From the NCBI GenBank assembly GCA_002633005.1, contig NMRA01000029.1, positions 1,593,796-1,657,795 on the forward strand: DNA of 64,000 nucleotides, read 5' to 3'. Shown here one piece after another: positions 54,101 through 64,000 of this stretch (the stretch's first letter is position 1; every line of letters starts with the position of its first letter). The position numbers and the translations under genes were made by a program. The stretch is from Phoronis australis (taxonomy: Eukaryota > Animalia > Phoronida). Below the pieces are notes generated by a model, which was not told the DNA's origin, did not search any database, and saw only the letters and a list, made by a program, of their open reading frames with translations.

Positions 54101-57100
54101 ACTCTTTACCCTTTCTTCACTCTGTCAAAAACTGCATGCGAATAAAGAAAAATTTTGAGTCATTTCACATCACAAGCCCTACAGATGAGCATAGAAATTT
54201 TGTCCTCTCTTGTATTTTTGACCCTTTCACTCCCAGTGGAAACCAAGCTAGACTAAGAAAAATAATGACAAAAAATGCAAAATCGGCACTTTTCACCCTA
54301 AAACCACCATTTCCCTGCCGATGCTCAACTAAAGCCAACATTAGATTTCGAAAGCAAATTTCCTACCAATTCCAAAAATGTGGTCCAAAATTACTGTCCA
54401 CCAACTAGTTTTTTTGCAAATCTGGCTTGTTTGAGGGCTACCTGAAATCGCTGCCAATTTCTCAGTTGCTACACAGCAATGCACAACTGCAACAGGGGGC
54501 CACCATCTTGAAGAAGAGTGCAACTACAGCCAAGAAAGTGGCCTTTTTTAATTCTCAGCATGTTCACAAATACAAACAAACCAAATTCACTTGGCCTACA
54601 TACAATACCTAACTGAAAAATGCCCCCAAGCCTGGCCTACCCATAGATTTTAATAAATTGGCCGCGGCCGCAGTCTGTTCAGTGCCACCTTAATACGAAC
54701 AGGAAGTTAACTAAGAGCTTGTTACTTGCATCGTAGGTAGTAAGATACTACCTGCCCTCCGTTCAGTAACGCTAGGACCTCGCTAAAAATTAAGACTTCG
54801 CGAGATTACGTGAGATATGGCCGTGTATTTTAAATAAGAACACGTGACTGTGACTAGATTTTAGCTAGGTCCTAGCGTAGGTCCTAGCGTAGGCCCTAGC
54901 GTAGGTCCTAGCGTCTACTCAACGCACGCCTGAAGTGTTGCGTCACCGGCCAGAGACTGTGACCAGCAAGAAGAATCGGGGGTAGAAGAAATTGCCTGCG
55001 AGTGTTGCATCACCAGAGACGGTGACCAGCAAGTACACTGTCGCTATACAGTGTGTGTAGTTCGATTATTCACCAACAGGTCAGACATCCAACAAGTAGA
55101 GAGTCCTAGCTTGGATAGCAGATAAGACATTTGATTATTTTGGTTGATTGATTAAAGTAATCTTTAAAGAGGGCGCTAGCGTATTTACTCTTCTTTGTAG
55201 TCGATTACTTAATTAACAACAGGTTTCACTTGTCTAATTAGGGGTTATCATATATAATAAATTAATTACTGGATTTAATTATTCACTCTCCTTCTACGCA
55301 TTATCTCAAAGCATAGCTACCTTTTAAACAAACCCACCGTCAATCGTCTGACCAATACATACATTCAAAATCACTCTATGACTCAAAAATATCGATAAGA
55401 AGTAATTCAGTTCTTACTTTCTGAGCGCTCTGCTTGAAGGAATGCAATAAGTCATAGACGTTTTAAAAATGAAAATTATACCAAAAACATCCACATTGTG
55501 GTACCTGCAGTGTTCAAAGATAGAAAGTCAAATCGATTCCTATAATTTTCAAAAGATACAATAATGTGGAAAACGTTATTTATTTGATACGTCAAAAGGA
55601 AGCGGACGATGGGTTTTACTCTCAAAGAGCTACTCGAACTTCCCTGATACAATGCTCACTCCGTTTTCTGGGATGCATTTTAATATATTATATTTTGTGT
55701 ATGTCTGACTGAAAAATACCCTTTCTGTCCTAAATCAGGTGAGCTTCAGATAACGTCACGCACGATCACTCAATATCAAGTTAGCGAAGAACTATTGTTT
55801 CAGGTGTGAGCCCGCGAATTGGCCAACGTTCATTAGCAGCATGGCAGCCATTGGAGAGAGTGCACACAGCCAAGCCGTAATGTTGAACAAATTAATGGGT
55901 GTGAAATTCTTTTTTTCAGTTCTGAAAGCCAAGATATCTAAATGAAACTGTCTCTGTCAGAAATACTTAACGCTGTGTACTCGCCCTAGCACGAAGAGTA
56001 TGTATCCGGATAGTCAAGTTCATCTTTTAATCCAAATTAGGAAAGCCCCATGCTGTCGAGCTGGTTGTGTAGCTCAAGTTTCTTGCGACTTTGGCGAGAC
56101 CACATTGTCATTTCACTCAAAACAATTAAGGATCTAGTTCTTAAATTAGGAGCAAATTAGGGGTGTTGCATGAAAAGATACCTCCATATTTTCAGCAATA
56201 TTGAGATTTCTACGTGGACTTCACTCTCAATTTGTATCAAAGCCAAAACTGACTAAGTAAAGGTACTCAAACAGTATAGAAAGGGGCAATCTATTTTTAC
56301 AAGCCAACAATGACGCAATAGATTTAGGGAACTTAACTGAGTTCCTATATATTTGGGACTGTTACATGCAACCGGGCACTGGTGACCTCGTGCGCGTAGA
56401 CGAGCAAAATTGCTGCCATGGAAGTGACTGCCTTAACGACGACGCTGGAATGTTGGATGATATGGAAAAACCGTAAATAAACACGGCAATTCCGTTCAAT
56501 AACTCTATATTTCTCGTCGCAACATATTCAGATGTCATAAATGGGTCTTTCATTCATTTGAGCACCTACTTTAATGTTGAGTTCCCCACTCCGCTGCCTT
56601 ACCAAACGTATTGGTAAATTCTTGGTCATCAAATTAAACTTCTTTTTATGTCCACTCGGTAGAAATATGGTTGGGGTCAAAGGATCGATGCGAGGGCATT
56701 TGGTTTTTGTGGTGACATTTCCTGGATTACAGATGGGGTTGTCGGACGGGTGCACGCACTTGTGGTCATACAGGCACCATTGGCATCCCCATTCTCTCGC
56801 TGTACAAGTTGTGCACCTAAACAGAATAAAAATCTCGATTTTCACGTGATGTCCCAAAAACGTCAGCTTTATTAGCTGAGAAGGCATCGATAACGAAAAT
56901 TTTCGTAAATTTGTGTACAAGGACAGTACATGTAATAATATTGTAATCTTGAATGTACACCAATTATCTCAAAACGTGTCTGTGATTTCAGTTACAGTGG
57001 TGTATTTAGACTTGTTGGCGTCCACGGTAGAAGTAACAGGGACAATCCCGTCATGTTGATTGGCCTCGGTTATGCCCAAAGCCTACCACCGCTACGCGTG

Positions 57101-60100
57101 ATATGAATGACGCTTGTAAAACACGAAGAACTAAAACTTGCAAAACGTCGGAGATTATACGTTCCAGTCACAACACTTACGTCGTTAAAGCTTGACAAGA
57201 GAAAAATGTGAAGTTCTTCGATATGAACAGAATTCCAGTTTCCGAGGAATTAAGCGACAATTGCACTACAGTGCGATCTGAAAAGATAAACCCACTTGGT
57301 AAGGTAAAGTTTGATTAGAAACTGCAATTCTGCGGAGTACATTTTGTAGCACGAGGTAACACCCATATCGGCGTGTGGCATTAACTTTGGTTACATCGAT
57401 TCCGAGACAGTGGAAAATTATCACCTCAGGTGCATGATGTGGTTTATTAGTAACCTCACTAGAACATTACCAAGAAAGTGACGGTGATACATATTGAAGA
57501 CATTGACTGGAGGATGAGTTGGTGGAAAATCCTTCGACAAGATACAGGTATCCATGTCGGGAATTCAATCAACTATTTCTGCTGAGATTTTTACCTTTAA
57601 CTCTCGTGAGATATTTTGTAAGAAAAAATCTGCTGACGGAGCGATGGCTTAGTGTTACACGAATGACGTGCTTGTTGAAAGACCGTCCTGCATCGCCCTT
57701 ACAACAGTTTTCCTGGTCCGAACATTTATTTTCTGAGCTTGTAGTAGCGTTCATTACTAAAAATTGAAGACAGAAGATACACAGGGAATATACCCAAATT
57801 TATCAGAATGGTCAGTATTTTTGGCACCGTTTGCACAAGAAAGTAGTGTCAGACTCACCACTGCCGTGATCAAACAGCTTCGGATGAGGAGTTTCACATC
57901 GAACACCAGATGCCGTCTTGGTCGCCGGAGAGGAGATGTAACCGAACACACATGTGAACGTGTTGTCTTGAGGCAGGTGAGGTATGGTCAAAGATAACTG
58001 TACACAGATAGACAAGCTGAGAAGGTGAGATTAATGATATCTTAATGTAAAATGTATTTAAAAGGTAGAATATCCTGTGCTCTGAAAATGGTAAACAAGG
58101 AAAGTGTGAAGTAAGCAGGTTATGACATTGTTGTTGAATGACGCATTCGTCAGCGGCTCTTGTCAAGCAAACAATTATTCAAATCGATTTACTCTAAGTT
58201 GTACTTACACAATGCATTTTATATTTTGTTGTTGTGTTTGCACGATGCATTTTATATTTTGATGTAGTCTGGTAAGGTCCTTCATCAATCTTCAATGAAG
58301 CCAAAACCAAAAGCGACAAGACGTTAGGAAAGTGAACAGGCCTAACATCTGATTCACCAACATACAAATAAAAATACAGATAGCTTCTTTACATTTTTGC
58401 TTCATTTAACAGGCCATGTGAACTTGATAGAACTCTGTATTCCAGACAATGTATTAGTACAGAGAAAACCGAACTATAGATACTAGACCTGCCCTTCATT
58501 CACTACGGATCCACAGCCCTAGCCCTCACATGGAAGGCTGGAGCAATGGATGGACATCTGCTTGTAAAAACCAATACTCCAAGGGCACCAAAGACTGACA
58601 AGACAACATTTACGTTATTTTATATTACTTTACATCACAGGAAAGCTTACGTTTACTGCTTCAGCATCCATGGAAAGATGGTCAGAAGGTTCTATTTTCG
58701 AAAAAACAATACACTTCCTGGGATCCGCATCATATCTGTACCATTTCTTGGGTACACCAGCCGTTTCACACTCAGAAGATAGGGAGCATCTGGAAATATA
58801 AACATTCAAGCTATCAACCCACGTATCACAATTCTTCTCTTGGAAAGCCGCAATCTTTTCCATTTTTCGGACTTTTAATAAAATGTGTGTATATCCACGC
58901 GTTCAAATTTTGCAATCTGGATTTGCTGCGATTCCCCAAGGTAACGTCAATCTATACCAAACACTTGCTGCAAAGTTATGAATTTTGTTCGCTCCACAAC
59001 AAGAAATAACAAATCGCTAAAATCGCAGAATAAAAAGCATATGACTGAGGCATTCTTTAGGTTCCCATTGCTTTATTTCTACCAATATTCATTCAATGTG
59101 ACCAAAAATTCAGCGCCATTCAACGGTTTTCGCATTTTGTTGGTGCCCCACCACTAACTAAACATCAAAATAGAGATAGCATGTACTAGGCCATAATTTT
59201 TACTATTTACATGTAAAATCCGTCGGATTTTGATTAAAGATTCTGCTACAAACTGTATACCAGGTTAGCTTTCCATAGACCAAGTATGTTGCGTGAAAAG
59301 CAAGGTCACACAAGACCACGACACTTCACACTAGTGAAAGGTCAATATTTAGCGAGAACGGAGTATATGCTGGAGATCTTATTATAGTATTTTGCTTACA
59401 ATTTTTATGTACATGTCGCAAAATGTCGGCTACCGAAATGATTATCAATTAAGCTGTAAGAATATTTGCCGTAAGAGCATGCACTAAATGCTTCGGGACT
59501 ACTGAATGCACTCCGTGTGCACGTTCCATATATGTTGTTAAACTTTCATAAATTGACACTTTTATGTATTCCATTGATCAATTAAAAATAAATCAGTTGA
59601 ATATCTCCACTGCATTGTCACCGCTAGCCCACAGCATCCATAAGCGATATGTTGCCTTCATTTTGCACCATTCAGCTAACGTAAATCCAAATGTAAAGCC
59701 CTTTACTCCCATCAAACCGGTCTCTTAATCATAATTTTATGATGGACACATGTACCAATGATAAAGATACGTGCATCACAAGTTCGTTACTCATTAGAGA
59801 TAAAACCAAAACCGAGGTTGGCGAAATACGGCCATTTATTATGACAAAACGCATTATGAAGAATAAGAAATTATAGGTAAAAAAAAAACATTTATTGTAA
59901 AAAGATTTCATTTCAATTACGAACTCAAGCCACAAACAATGCGTAGCCATTGACTTTTCGATAAGAAGGTTGGCCAACCTTAATAAACTGTGAAGCATTT
60001 TCTTGAGTCGCTGATGGTTTCCATTTTCTCTTGTTGGTAACGGGAAGAGTGATGTGAGACCAATGTTATTAGAGTAAAAGGCCCGATTCGATGCTCGATT

Positions 60101-60443
60101 TTTACTCTGTCAGCTAATCACGGCGAAATGCATGAATTTAAACTTGCTTTTTGGAGCGGACAATTTTAACATGAACCCCAATTGACTTGCAGTGTATGTT
60201 GCAAGGCCGGATTGCTGAAGAGAGTTGAAAGTTAGAAAATTATTTCTTTTTTATAAGCCAATTAAAACTGACAAGGCCTGTCCTAGTAAAAGTTTCGCTA
60301 GTGCCTTGCTATACACTGGGGAAACAGATTGCACGCACTTACTTGTTATGCAGGGTGCACCACCCGCAGTGAGGGTCACTTGCCGCCACGCACTCGGCAC
60401 ATGATGTGAACCTCTTACAGTCGTACGTAGGAATTTTGTGGAG
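24057..60443 (-). CDS. plexB: Plexin gene B (plexin-B-like), 26 exons from PSI1 to stop; Sema exons lie beyond right edge
   Basis: 26 GT-AG exons total 4032 nt in one frame (1343 aa plus stop): PSI/IPT repeats, TM, coiled coil, GAP segments [12 protein letters not shown] and [12 protein letters not shown]. The motif [16 protein letters not shown] resembles invertebrate PlexB rather than PlexA, from memory of the family. Confidence 0.93.
24824..24898 (-). CDS. Plexin B penultimate exon
   Basis: [25 protein letters not shown]. Confidence 0.9.
25457..25597 (-). CDS. Plexin B exon, C-terminal
   Basis: [24 protein letters not shown]. Confidence 0.95.
25896..26043 (-). CDS. Plexin B exon, GAP segment 2
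   Basis: [22 protein letters not shown]...[13 protein letters not shown]...RLGK. Confidence 0.96.
26693..27227 (+). mobile_element. Non-autonomous DNA element family Y, copy 1
   Basis: Colinear similarity to the reverse complement of 54045-54641 (ggtaggccaggcttgggg, gcgatttcaggtagccct, gtgcctcct). Confidence 0.7.
27230..27390 (-). CDS. Plexin B exon, GAP segment 2
   Basis: [10 protein letters not shown]...[33 protein letters not shown]. Confidence 0.95.
27902..28050 (-). CDS. Plexin B exon, GAP segment 2
   Basis: WHLVK...[13 protein letters not shown]. Confidence 0.95.
28488..28658 (-). CDS. Plexin B exon, Rho-binding domain
   Basis: [18 protein letters not shown]...[15 protein letters not shown]. 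Confidence 0.95.
29428..29581 (-). CDS. Plexin B exon, Rho-binding domain
   Basis: [27 protein letters not shown]. Confidence 0.95.
30043..30189 (-). CDS. Plexin B exon, GAP segment 1 end
   Basis: [37 protein letters not shown]. Confidence 0.95.
31056..31379 (-). CDS. Plexin B exon, GAP segment 1
   Basis: [21 protein letters not shown]...[10 protein letters not shown]...[18 protein letters not shown]. Confidence 0.96.
31470..32290 (+). mobile_element. Decayed HERO-clade (restriction-like endonuclease) non-LTR retrotransposon, 3' part
   Basis: Broken motifs [46 protein letters not shown], and [10 protein letters not shown]...SWTFPDQVG. Confidence 0.7.
33191..33327 (-). CDS. Plexin B exon, cytoplasmic
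   Basis: [37 protein letters not shown]. Confidence 0.95.
33790..34021 (-). CDS. Plexin B exon, transmembrane helix plus juxtamembrane coiled coil
   Basis: [15 protein letters not shown]...[26 protein letters not shown]...[17 protein letters not shown]. Confidence 0.95.
34791..34967 (-). CDS. Plexin B exon, IPT6
   Basis: [41 protein letters not shown]...LPTVT. Confidence 0.92.
35381..35614 (-). CDS. Plexin B exon, IPT5/6
   Basis: [15 protein letters not shown]...[14 protein letters not shown]...NPEFFKF...LIIT. Confidence 0.9.
35845..37320 (+). mobile_element. ISL2EU-like THAP element, non-autonomous, with internal insertion
   Basis: Perfect 15-bp TIR AGCGGATTTGCAGCG, AT on both flanks; THAP halves 35951-36142 ([25 protein letters not shown]) and 36871-36950 (HRVCS-stop-HFPGGKK..NIPTEFP). 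Confidence 0.78.
36144..36865. mobile_element. Unclassified insertion splitting the THAP ORF
   Basis: Ends TAGTAGGCAA / TTGCCTA; flanks GGGGCCATC / TGGACCATC (7/9 match, possible 9-bp TSD). Confidence 0.6.
37435..37595. mobile_element. Small hAT-like MITE
   Basis: CAGTGAAGTAGTGG ... CCGCTACAGCACTG imperfect TIR, with internal gtaggcgc/gcgcctac inverted motifs. Confidence 0.45.
38157..38253 (-). CDS. Plexin B exon, IPT5
   Basis: [32 protein letters not shown]. Confidence 0.88.
38838..39330 (+). repeat. Dispersed repeat family Z, copy 2 (with internal insertions)
   Basis: Same blocks as 4570-4860 in the same order. Confidence 0.65.
40180..40350 (-). CDS. Plexin B exon, IPT4/5
   Basis: [12 protein letters not shown]...[19 protein letters not shown]. 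Confidence 0.88.
40555..40700. repeat. (TATG)n microsatellite / LINE 3' tail
   Basis: Direct reading of tandem TATG/TGTA units. Confidence 0.9.
40700..42002 (-). mobile_element. 5'-truncated RTE-X-like LINE
   Basis: [19 protein letters not shown] at the 5' end; C-terminal [32 protein letters not shown]; 3' UTR running into (CATA)n. Confidence 0.8.
42005..43410. repeat. 1.4-kb degenerate (TATG)n purine-pyrimidine array with higher-order units
   Basis: Direct reading; recurrent gcatctatg landmark; ~62-bp unit triplicated at ~42959, 43021, 43083. Confidence 0.95.
43783..43925 (-). CDS. Plexin B exon, IPT4
   Basis: [31 protein letters not shown]...VSCDIL. Confidence 0.92.
44126..44869 (-). mobile_element. 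Penelope-like element remnant: GIY-YIG C-terminus with inverted pseudo-LTRs (spans assembly gap)
   Basis: [13 protein letters not shown]...[21 protein letters not shown]-stop at 44269-44421; ~150-bp near-perfect inverted repeat 44126-44276 / 44605-44755; cgtaaaatgca on both flanks. Confidence 0.8.
44422..44604. other. Assembly gap (N run)
   Basis: 183 N. Confidence 1.
45320..45415. repeat. Degenerate (TAA/TAG)n microsatellite
   Basis: Direct reading. Confidence 0.8.
48143..48397 (-). CDS. Plexin B exon, IPT3
   Basis: [22 protein letters not shown]...SRKIVC...FEYK. Confidence 0.92.
49153..49284 (+). pseudogene. MADF (Myb/SANT-like) domain fragment, probably a Harbinger ORF2 remnant
   Basis: [38 protein letters not shown] then stop. 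Confidence 0.65.
49485..49640. mobile_element. MITE family X copy 2
   Basis: cgttcagtaacg ... cgttactgaacg TIR; shared core acttcgcgagattac..gaacacgtgact. Confidence 0.7.
50702..50847 (-). CDS. Plexin B exon, PSI3
   Basis: [32 protein letters not shown]...[10 protein letters not shown]. Confidence 0.88.
50935..51055. repeat. Degenerate (TAT)n microsatellite
   Basis: Direct reading. Confidence 0.75.
51483..51570 (-). CDS. Plexin B exon, IPT2 end
   Basis: [29 protein letters not shown]; tttcag/gtgagt. Confidence 0.88.
52427..52531 (-). CDS. Plexin B exon, IPT2
   Basis: [35 protein letters not shown]; phase 0/0. Confidence 0.85.
54045..54641 (-). mobile_element. Non-autonomous DNA element family Y, copy 2
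   Basis: Reverse-complement similarity to 26693-27227. Confidence 0.7.
54755..54930. mobile_element. MITE family X copy 3, with 4x 12-bp taggtcctagcg expansion
   Basis: Same TIR and core as copies 1-2. Confidence 0.7.
56603..56816 (-). CDS. Plexin B exon, PSI2
   Basis: [20 protein letters not shown]...KCPRIDP; tttag/gtaagg. Confidence 0.92.
57181..57277 (-). CDS. Plexin B exon, IPT1 end
   Basis: [30 protein letters not shown]; tttcag/gtaagt. Confidence 0.9.
57859..57997 (-). CDS. Plexin B exon, IPT1
   Basis: [39 protein letters not shown]; cag/gtgagt. Confidence 0.9.
58651..58789 (-). CDS. Plexin B exon, PSI1 end
   Basis: [46 protein letters not shown]; ttccag/gtaagc. Confidence 0.9.
60343..60443 (-). 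CDS. Plexin B exon, PSI1
   Basis: [33 protein letters not shown]; ttgcag/gtaagt. Confidence 0.92.
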
Positions 60444-61019
60444 CTGCAATGAATAACCGTTAGATGAATAAACAAGCAATAGAGTGTGAGAGGTAGACTG
60501 ACACTGCTCTTAGTTTAATATGTTTAATCTTATTGTTCTGTTTGTGTACTAGCAGATAACACTTGATTGATATGACCCATGAGATCAAGACAGTGATGCT
60601 GTAAATTGTTTGCAAAGAAGGGAACATTAGAGAAGATTCTAGTATGTTAGTAATTAATGTAATCTGGGACATTCTAGAGTCTAATATATGTTTGTAGAAT
60701 GAGTTCCAAAATGTGTTTGAATTAGGGGAAAGTTCAACAACATTGTAAGATACTATGAATATTCGGGCACATTCTGAAATTGGAAAAATATTATGATGAT
60801 GGAGAAAGTGGCGTCGGAATTTTTCGAAATAAAGTCCACAAAACTGAAATGCCGACTCGTTGCTTAGGCTTTTTACAGGCCCACTGCAACAGACACAGTA
60901 ATTTAATAACACTACTCATACTCAGCAAGCTTACAAGCCTGAAGAATTTCGCAAGTTTTTTTAATGATTCTCTTAGTTACGACCGATTTCACTGAAGCTG
61001 CCTTAATTCCAAAACATTC

Positions 61020-62160
61020 TTTTCTAATGTTTTGGTAAGTGAAACACGGACCGATATGGTTTTTGACGTTTCATCTTCCATCCAGCATTTCCGGCAGCAG
61101 GATTCTGTTCCTCGACCTGTTTATGCAGGTTGCAGTAACCTGTTATCATCTGCACTGCCAAGTGCAGATGATGCCTGTTAAGACTCAAAAGCGTGGTAGT
61201 AAGACTGAAAGTTACCCAGCTCACCACCTCTTTTGTTCTTATGCAATCAATTATGTAGTCCAAGATGTTTTTCATCGCTTAAATGACCAACAATGTGTGT
61301 CACTTCACAACATTGGTTTAGGGCTATCAGACAAGATAGCTACAGATACATTTTGGATTCCCTTTTCAAACAATTCTGCCACTTTAGAAATTGCAGAAGC
61401 CTCTGCTTGGAAAACAAAATGTTTACCGAGATAAAGAGATTTTTCAGCTGGTGATCTATCAGCCGGATATTCAATACGAAAACCCGCACCAACCAGTTTA
61501 TTTATTTTGAACCATCACTGTAAGCTGTCATAGAGCTTACATCAATGTTTCTTTGATATTCCACGGCATAATTTCTATTTCGAATAAGACATTCAAAGTT
61601 TCTTTCAAATGTCTTAGTTTTCATCGACTGATCAGTTGGCATGTACAACAGTGGAAGCTCATTCCTAGTATTGTTACACATGTCAACACGACTCTTTGTT
61701 TTCCCTGATGTACCCACTAGGTTAGAAGTCCAGAGTCCTGCCTGGTCGATACAAGAGCCCTCGGACTGCCTCGGCCATTATGAACTCATCAGTCGGTTCT
61801 AGGTCAATCGACAACTCCGTTGCAACAAGTGAGGTGCTAGGACGATCCAATGTTATCATAAGACAAGCTAAACGGTGTACCTTTTGAAGAAAATTCCTAC
61901 AGTTCTTAATTCGACTGACCCAAGACCCACATGCATAAGGTGCGATCGGTGCTATCATAGCAGTGTATATCTATTTCATGGTTTTGGGTTCACCCCCTGT
62001 TTTGAGCATGAACTGCTTACATTGCAACAATTGTGGCCTTCTTAGCTATATGGATTAAATGATATGTTTTCAATTGAGATTGCTGACAAGAACAACTCCT
62101 AACAGTTAGGCTTCCTGAAAACAGCTAGCTTCTTCCCATTCAATCATAGAAGAGGGTTCA
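61020..62160 (-). mobile_element. Decayed RNase H-bearing LINE (LOA/Lian-like, I group)
   Basis: LQKVHRLACLMIT..ST..ATE..LEP..FIMAEA; RNase H AYSDGSK, VFQAEASAI, ILSDS; C-terminal MITGYCNLHK. Confidence 0.7.
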
Positions 62161-62429
62161 CGATACAGTTGCAAAAAGGGGGATAAGATAGCTCCTTGTG
62201 GGCATCCCCTCATCAATTTCATCGAGCGCTAATTCTCCAAAATCCACTCGGGCTCTAGATAACGGGGGTAACGACTTCGCCATGTAGTAATCTATATTTA
62301 TCTTAGGAACTAGTGCCCTATATCTCTGATCAATGTCACACATAAGTTAGCTTCAGTAGCAGTTGCTGATCGTATTAAAACGTTTTAGGTAAATTGACCC
62401 ATGACGATCAAACGGGAATATGAGCAAAA

Positions 62430-63250
62430 ATATTCGTGTACTTTACGACCTATTTTATTGCACTGGGATAAATGACAAACACGGGTTACCCTTATTAATT
62501 GATTGTGAGAAAACGTTTGATTGTTTAGCATGGGGTTTTATAGTCGAAACTCTTTCCATTTTTATAATTTTGTTATTTTACTAAACAAAACCGTGTGTTT
62601 TAGTTAATGGGCAAGTGTCACGCTAGTTTCATATCCGACGTGAACTTAGACAAGTTGGTCCGTTATCCCGCTATCTATTTATCATTTGTGTGGAGAGAAC
62701 GGCTGTCAGGATCAGACATGATAAGAAGCAATGAATTCATTATTTCTCAGTATGCGGATTATACGTCTATTACATTAGATTGATCGGAAGTTTCGTTGCG
62801 GTCTGCTTTGAATGTTTTGAAAACATTTGCCGATTTCTCTGGCCTCCAGAACAATATTGAAAAAGCAAAAGCTGTTTGGTTTGGTAGTAATGATAACAGT
62901 CAAGTAAAATTACTTCAAAAGAAAGCCTCTCATGGACAAAAAAATAATTTTACTTTTCTTAGAGTTGATTTGCAAGTCGACCTAAAGGACAAGGCTGGTC
63001 AAAATTATTTGCCAAAATTAAAAAAGACGCAGCTCCTTTTGAGACATTGGTCAAGACGAAACCTGGCGCTTTTGGAAGAGTTACTGTGATACATGTCTAG
63101 GTGTGACAAAAATTATCCTTTTGATATCCCCTGCCAATTCCGCGTCAATATATTTTGACTGAAGTGAAATGCATATTTTTCAAATTTATTTGGCAAGGAC
63201 GTTACAATAAAATTAAACCCACCGTGCCGTTCTTGGCTACTAGAAAGGAG
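62430..63250 (+). mobile_element. Decayed L1/Tx1-clade LINE RT
   Basis: LLIDCEKTFDCLAWGF, VNG..LRQVGPLSRYLFIICVE, ISQYADYT, FADFSGLQNNIEK, WSRRNL, FKFIW. Confidence 0.8.
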
Positions 63251-64000
63251 GTCAATACCTTTAGTTTTGTAAGGCACGGACGTTGGACTTTAAACACCAA
63301 TAAAGTTTCAATAACTCGAAAACTTTATGTTGGAAAGAGAAATTTTGTAAACATATTGTAGCGCTAAACAAGGTCTAGCAAATTTACAAAAAGAACGTTA
63401 GAGCTACGATTTACGAAATCACTTACTAAAAGAACAACCATCGGAAAACCTCTGTAACTGGGGAACAATAAAGCGCAAAGTTTAGAAAGCAGCTGACGAG
63501 TCTACATACAAATCAAATTTTAGAAAACTCCCACAAAGGATGTGGAGTTTAAGTTTCTCAAAACGAAACTTTAAGAAGTGGCCATCACAACGGCAACTTT
63601 CTGTTAATTTTGCTGCGAAATATCGGGCTTCGAGCTCTTCACGAGATACATGTCGCACGCAAATTATACGCCAATCGGAGGAAAAATGCGCACTGTAGGT
63701 TGAGTAAAAAGACACGAAAACCCAACCTTGGCGCAAAGCTGTACACTATATATACACACAGTTGTACTTAGTTGTATTTTGACGATAGTCTTCCTACAGC
63801 TACCTGGCTGGATAACGAAAGAACAACAGATTTACAGATAATTGATTTCGTCAATTCATGAAAGCCTTCAGACGGAATGATAGATGGTGAAGTTAACAGA
63901 AAAGGGCGAATATGACGACGGAGGCCACGACACCATGCTTTGCATTGCACTTACGATTTATAAGACGGCATCGTTACCACCACTGTCAACAAGATCGATA

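Noticed and set aside
63955-64000. GTAAGT donor near right edge as possible Sema exon of gene B
   Set aside because: The required phase-0 frame has a stop just before the donor
1-64000. CRISPR arrays, rRNA, tRNA, prokaryotic operons or defence systems
   Set aside because: None seen; the window is spliced eukaryotic DNA and its repeats are microsatellites or TE termini

Overview
Eukaryotic, AT-rich genomic DNA, probably from a marine invertebrate (inferred from gene structure and TE content; I cannot name the species). Two plexin genes lie head-to-tail on the minus strand. Gene B, plexin-B-like, has 26 in-phase GT-AG exons from 60443 to its stop at 24057, covering PSI/IPT repeats, TM and an intact split RasGAP domain; its Sema exons lie beyond the right edge. 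Gene A has its signal peptide, Sema, PSI1 and first IPT exons from 17981 to 1257 and continues past the left edge. Three homologous exons share intron positions and phases and are about 63-70% identical in protein, indicating a tandem duplication. The introns hold many decayed transposons. These include an inverted pair of TTAA-flanked Kolobok-type elements (THAP plus KolX-like remnants), one carrying a nested AT-TSD ISL2EU-like element, and a second ISL2EU-like THAP element split by a further insertion. There is also a Penelope-like GIY-YIG end with inverted pseudo-LTRs bearing a hammerhead-like motif, an RTE-X-like LINE embedded in a (TATG)n array, and CR1/L2-, HERO-, LOA- and L1/Tx1-like remnants plus MITEs. 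I found no support for a new biological system; the most notable items are the plexin tandem duplication and the nested TE architecture. All family assignments come from motif recognition by eye, not database searches.
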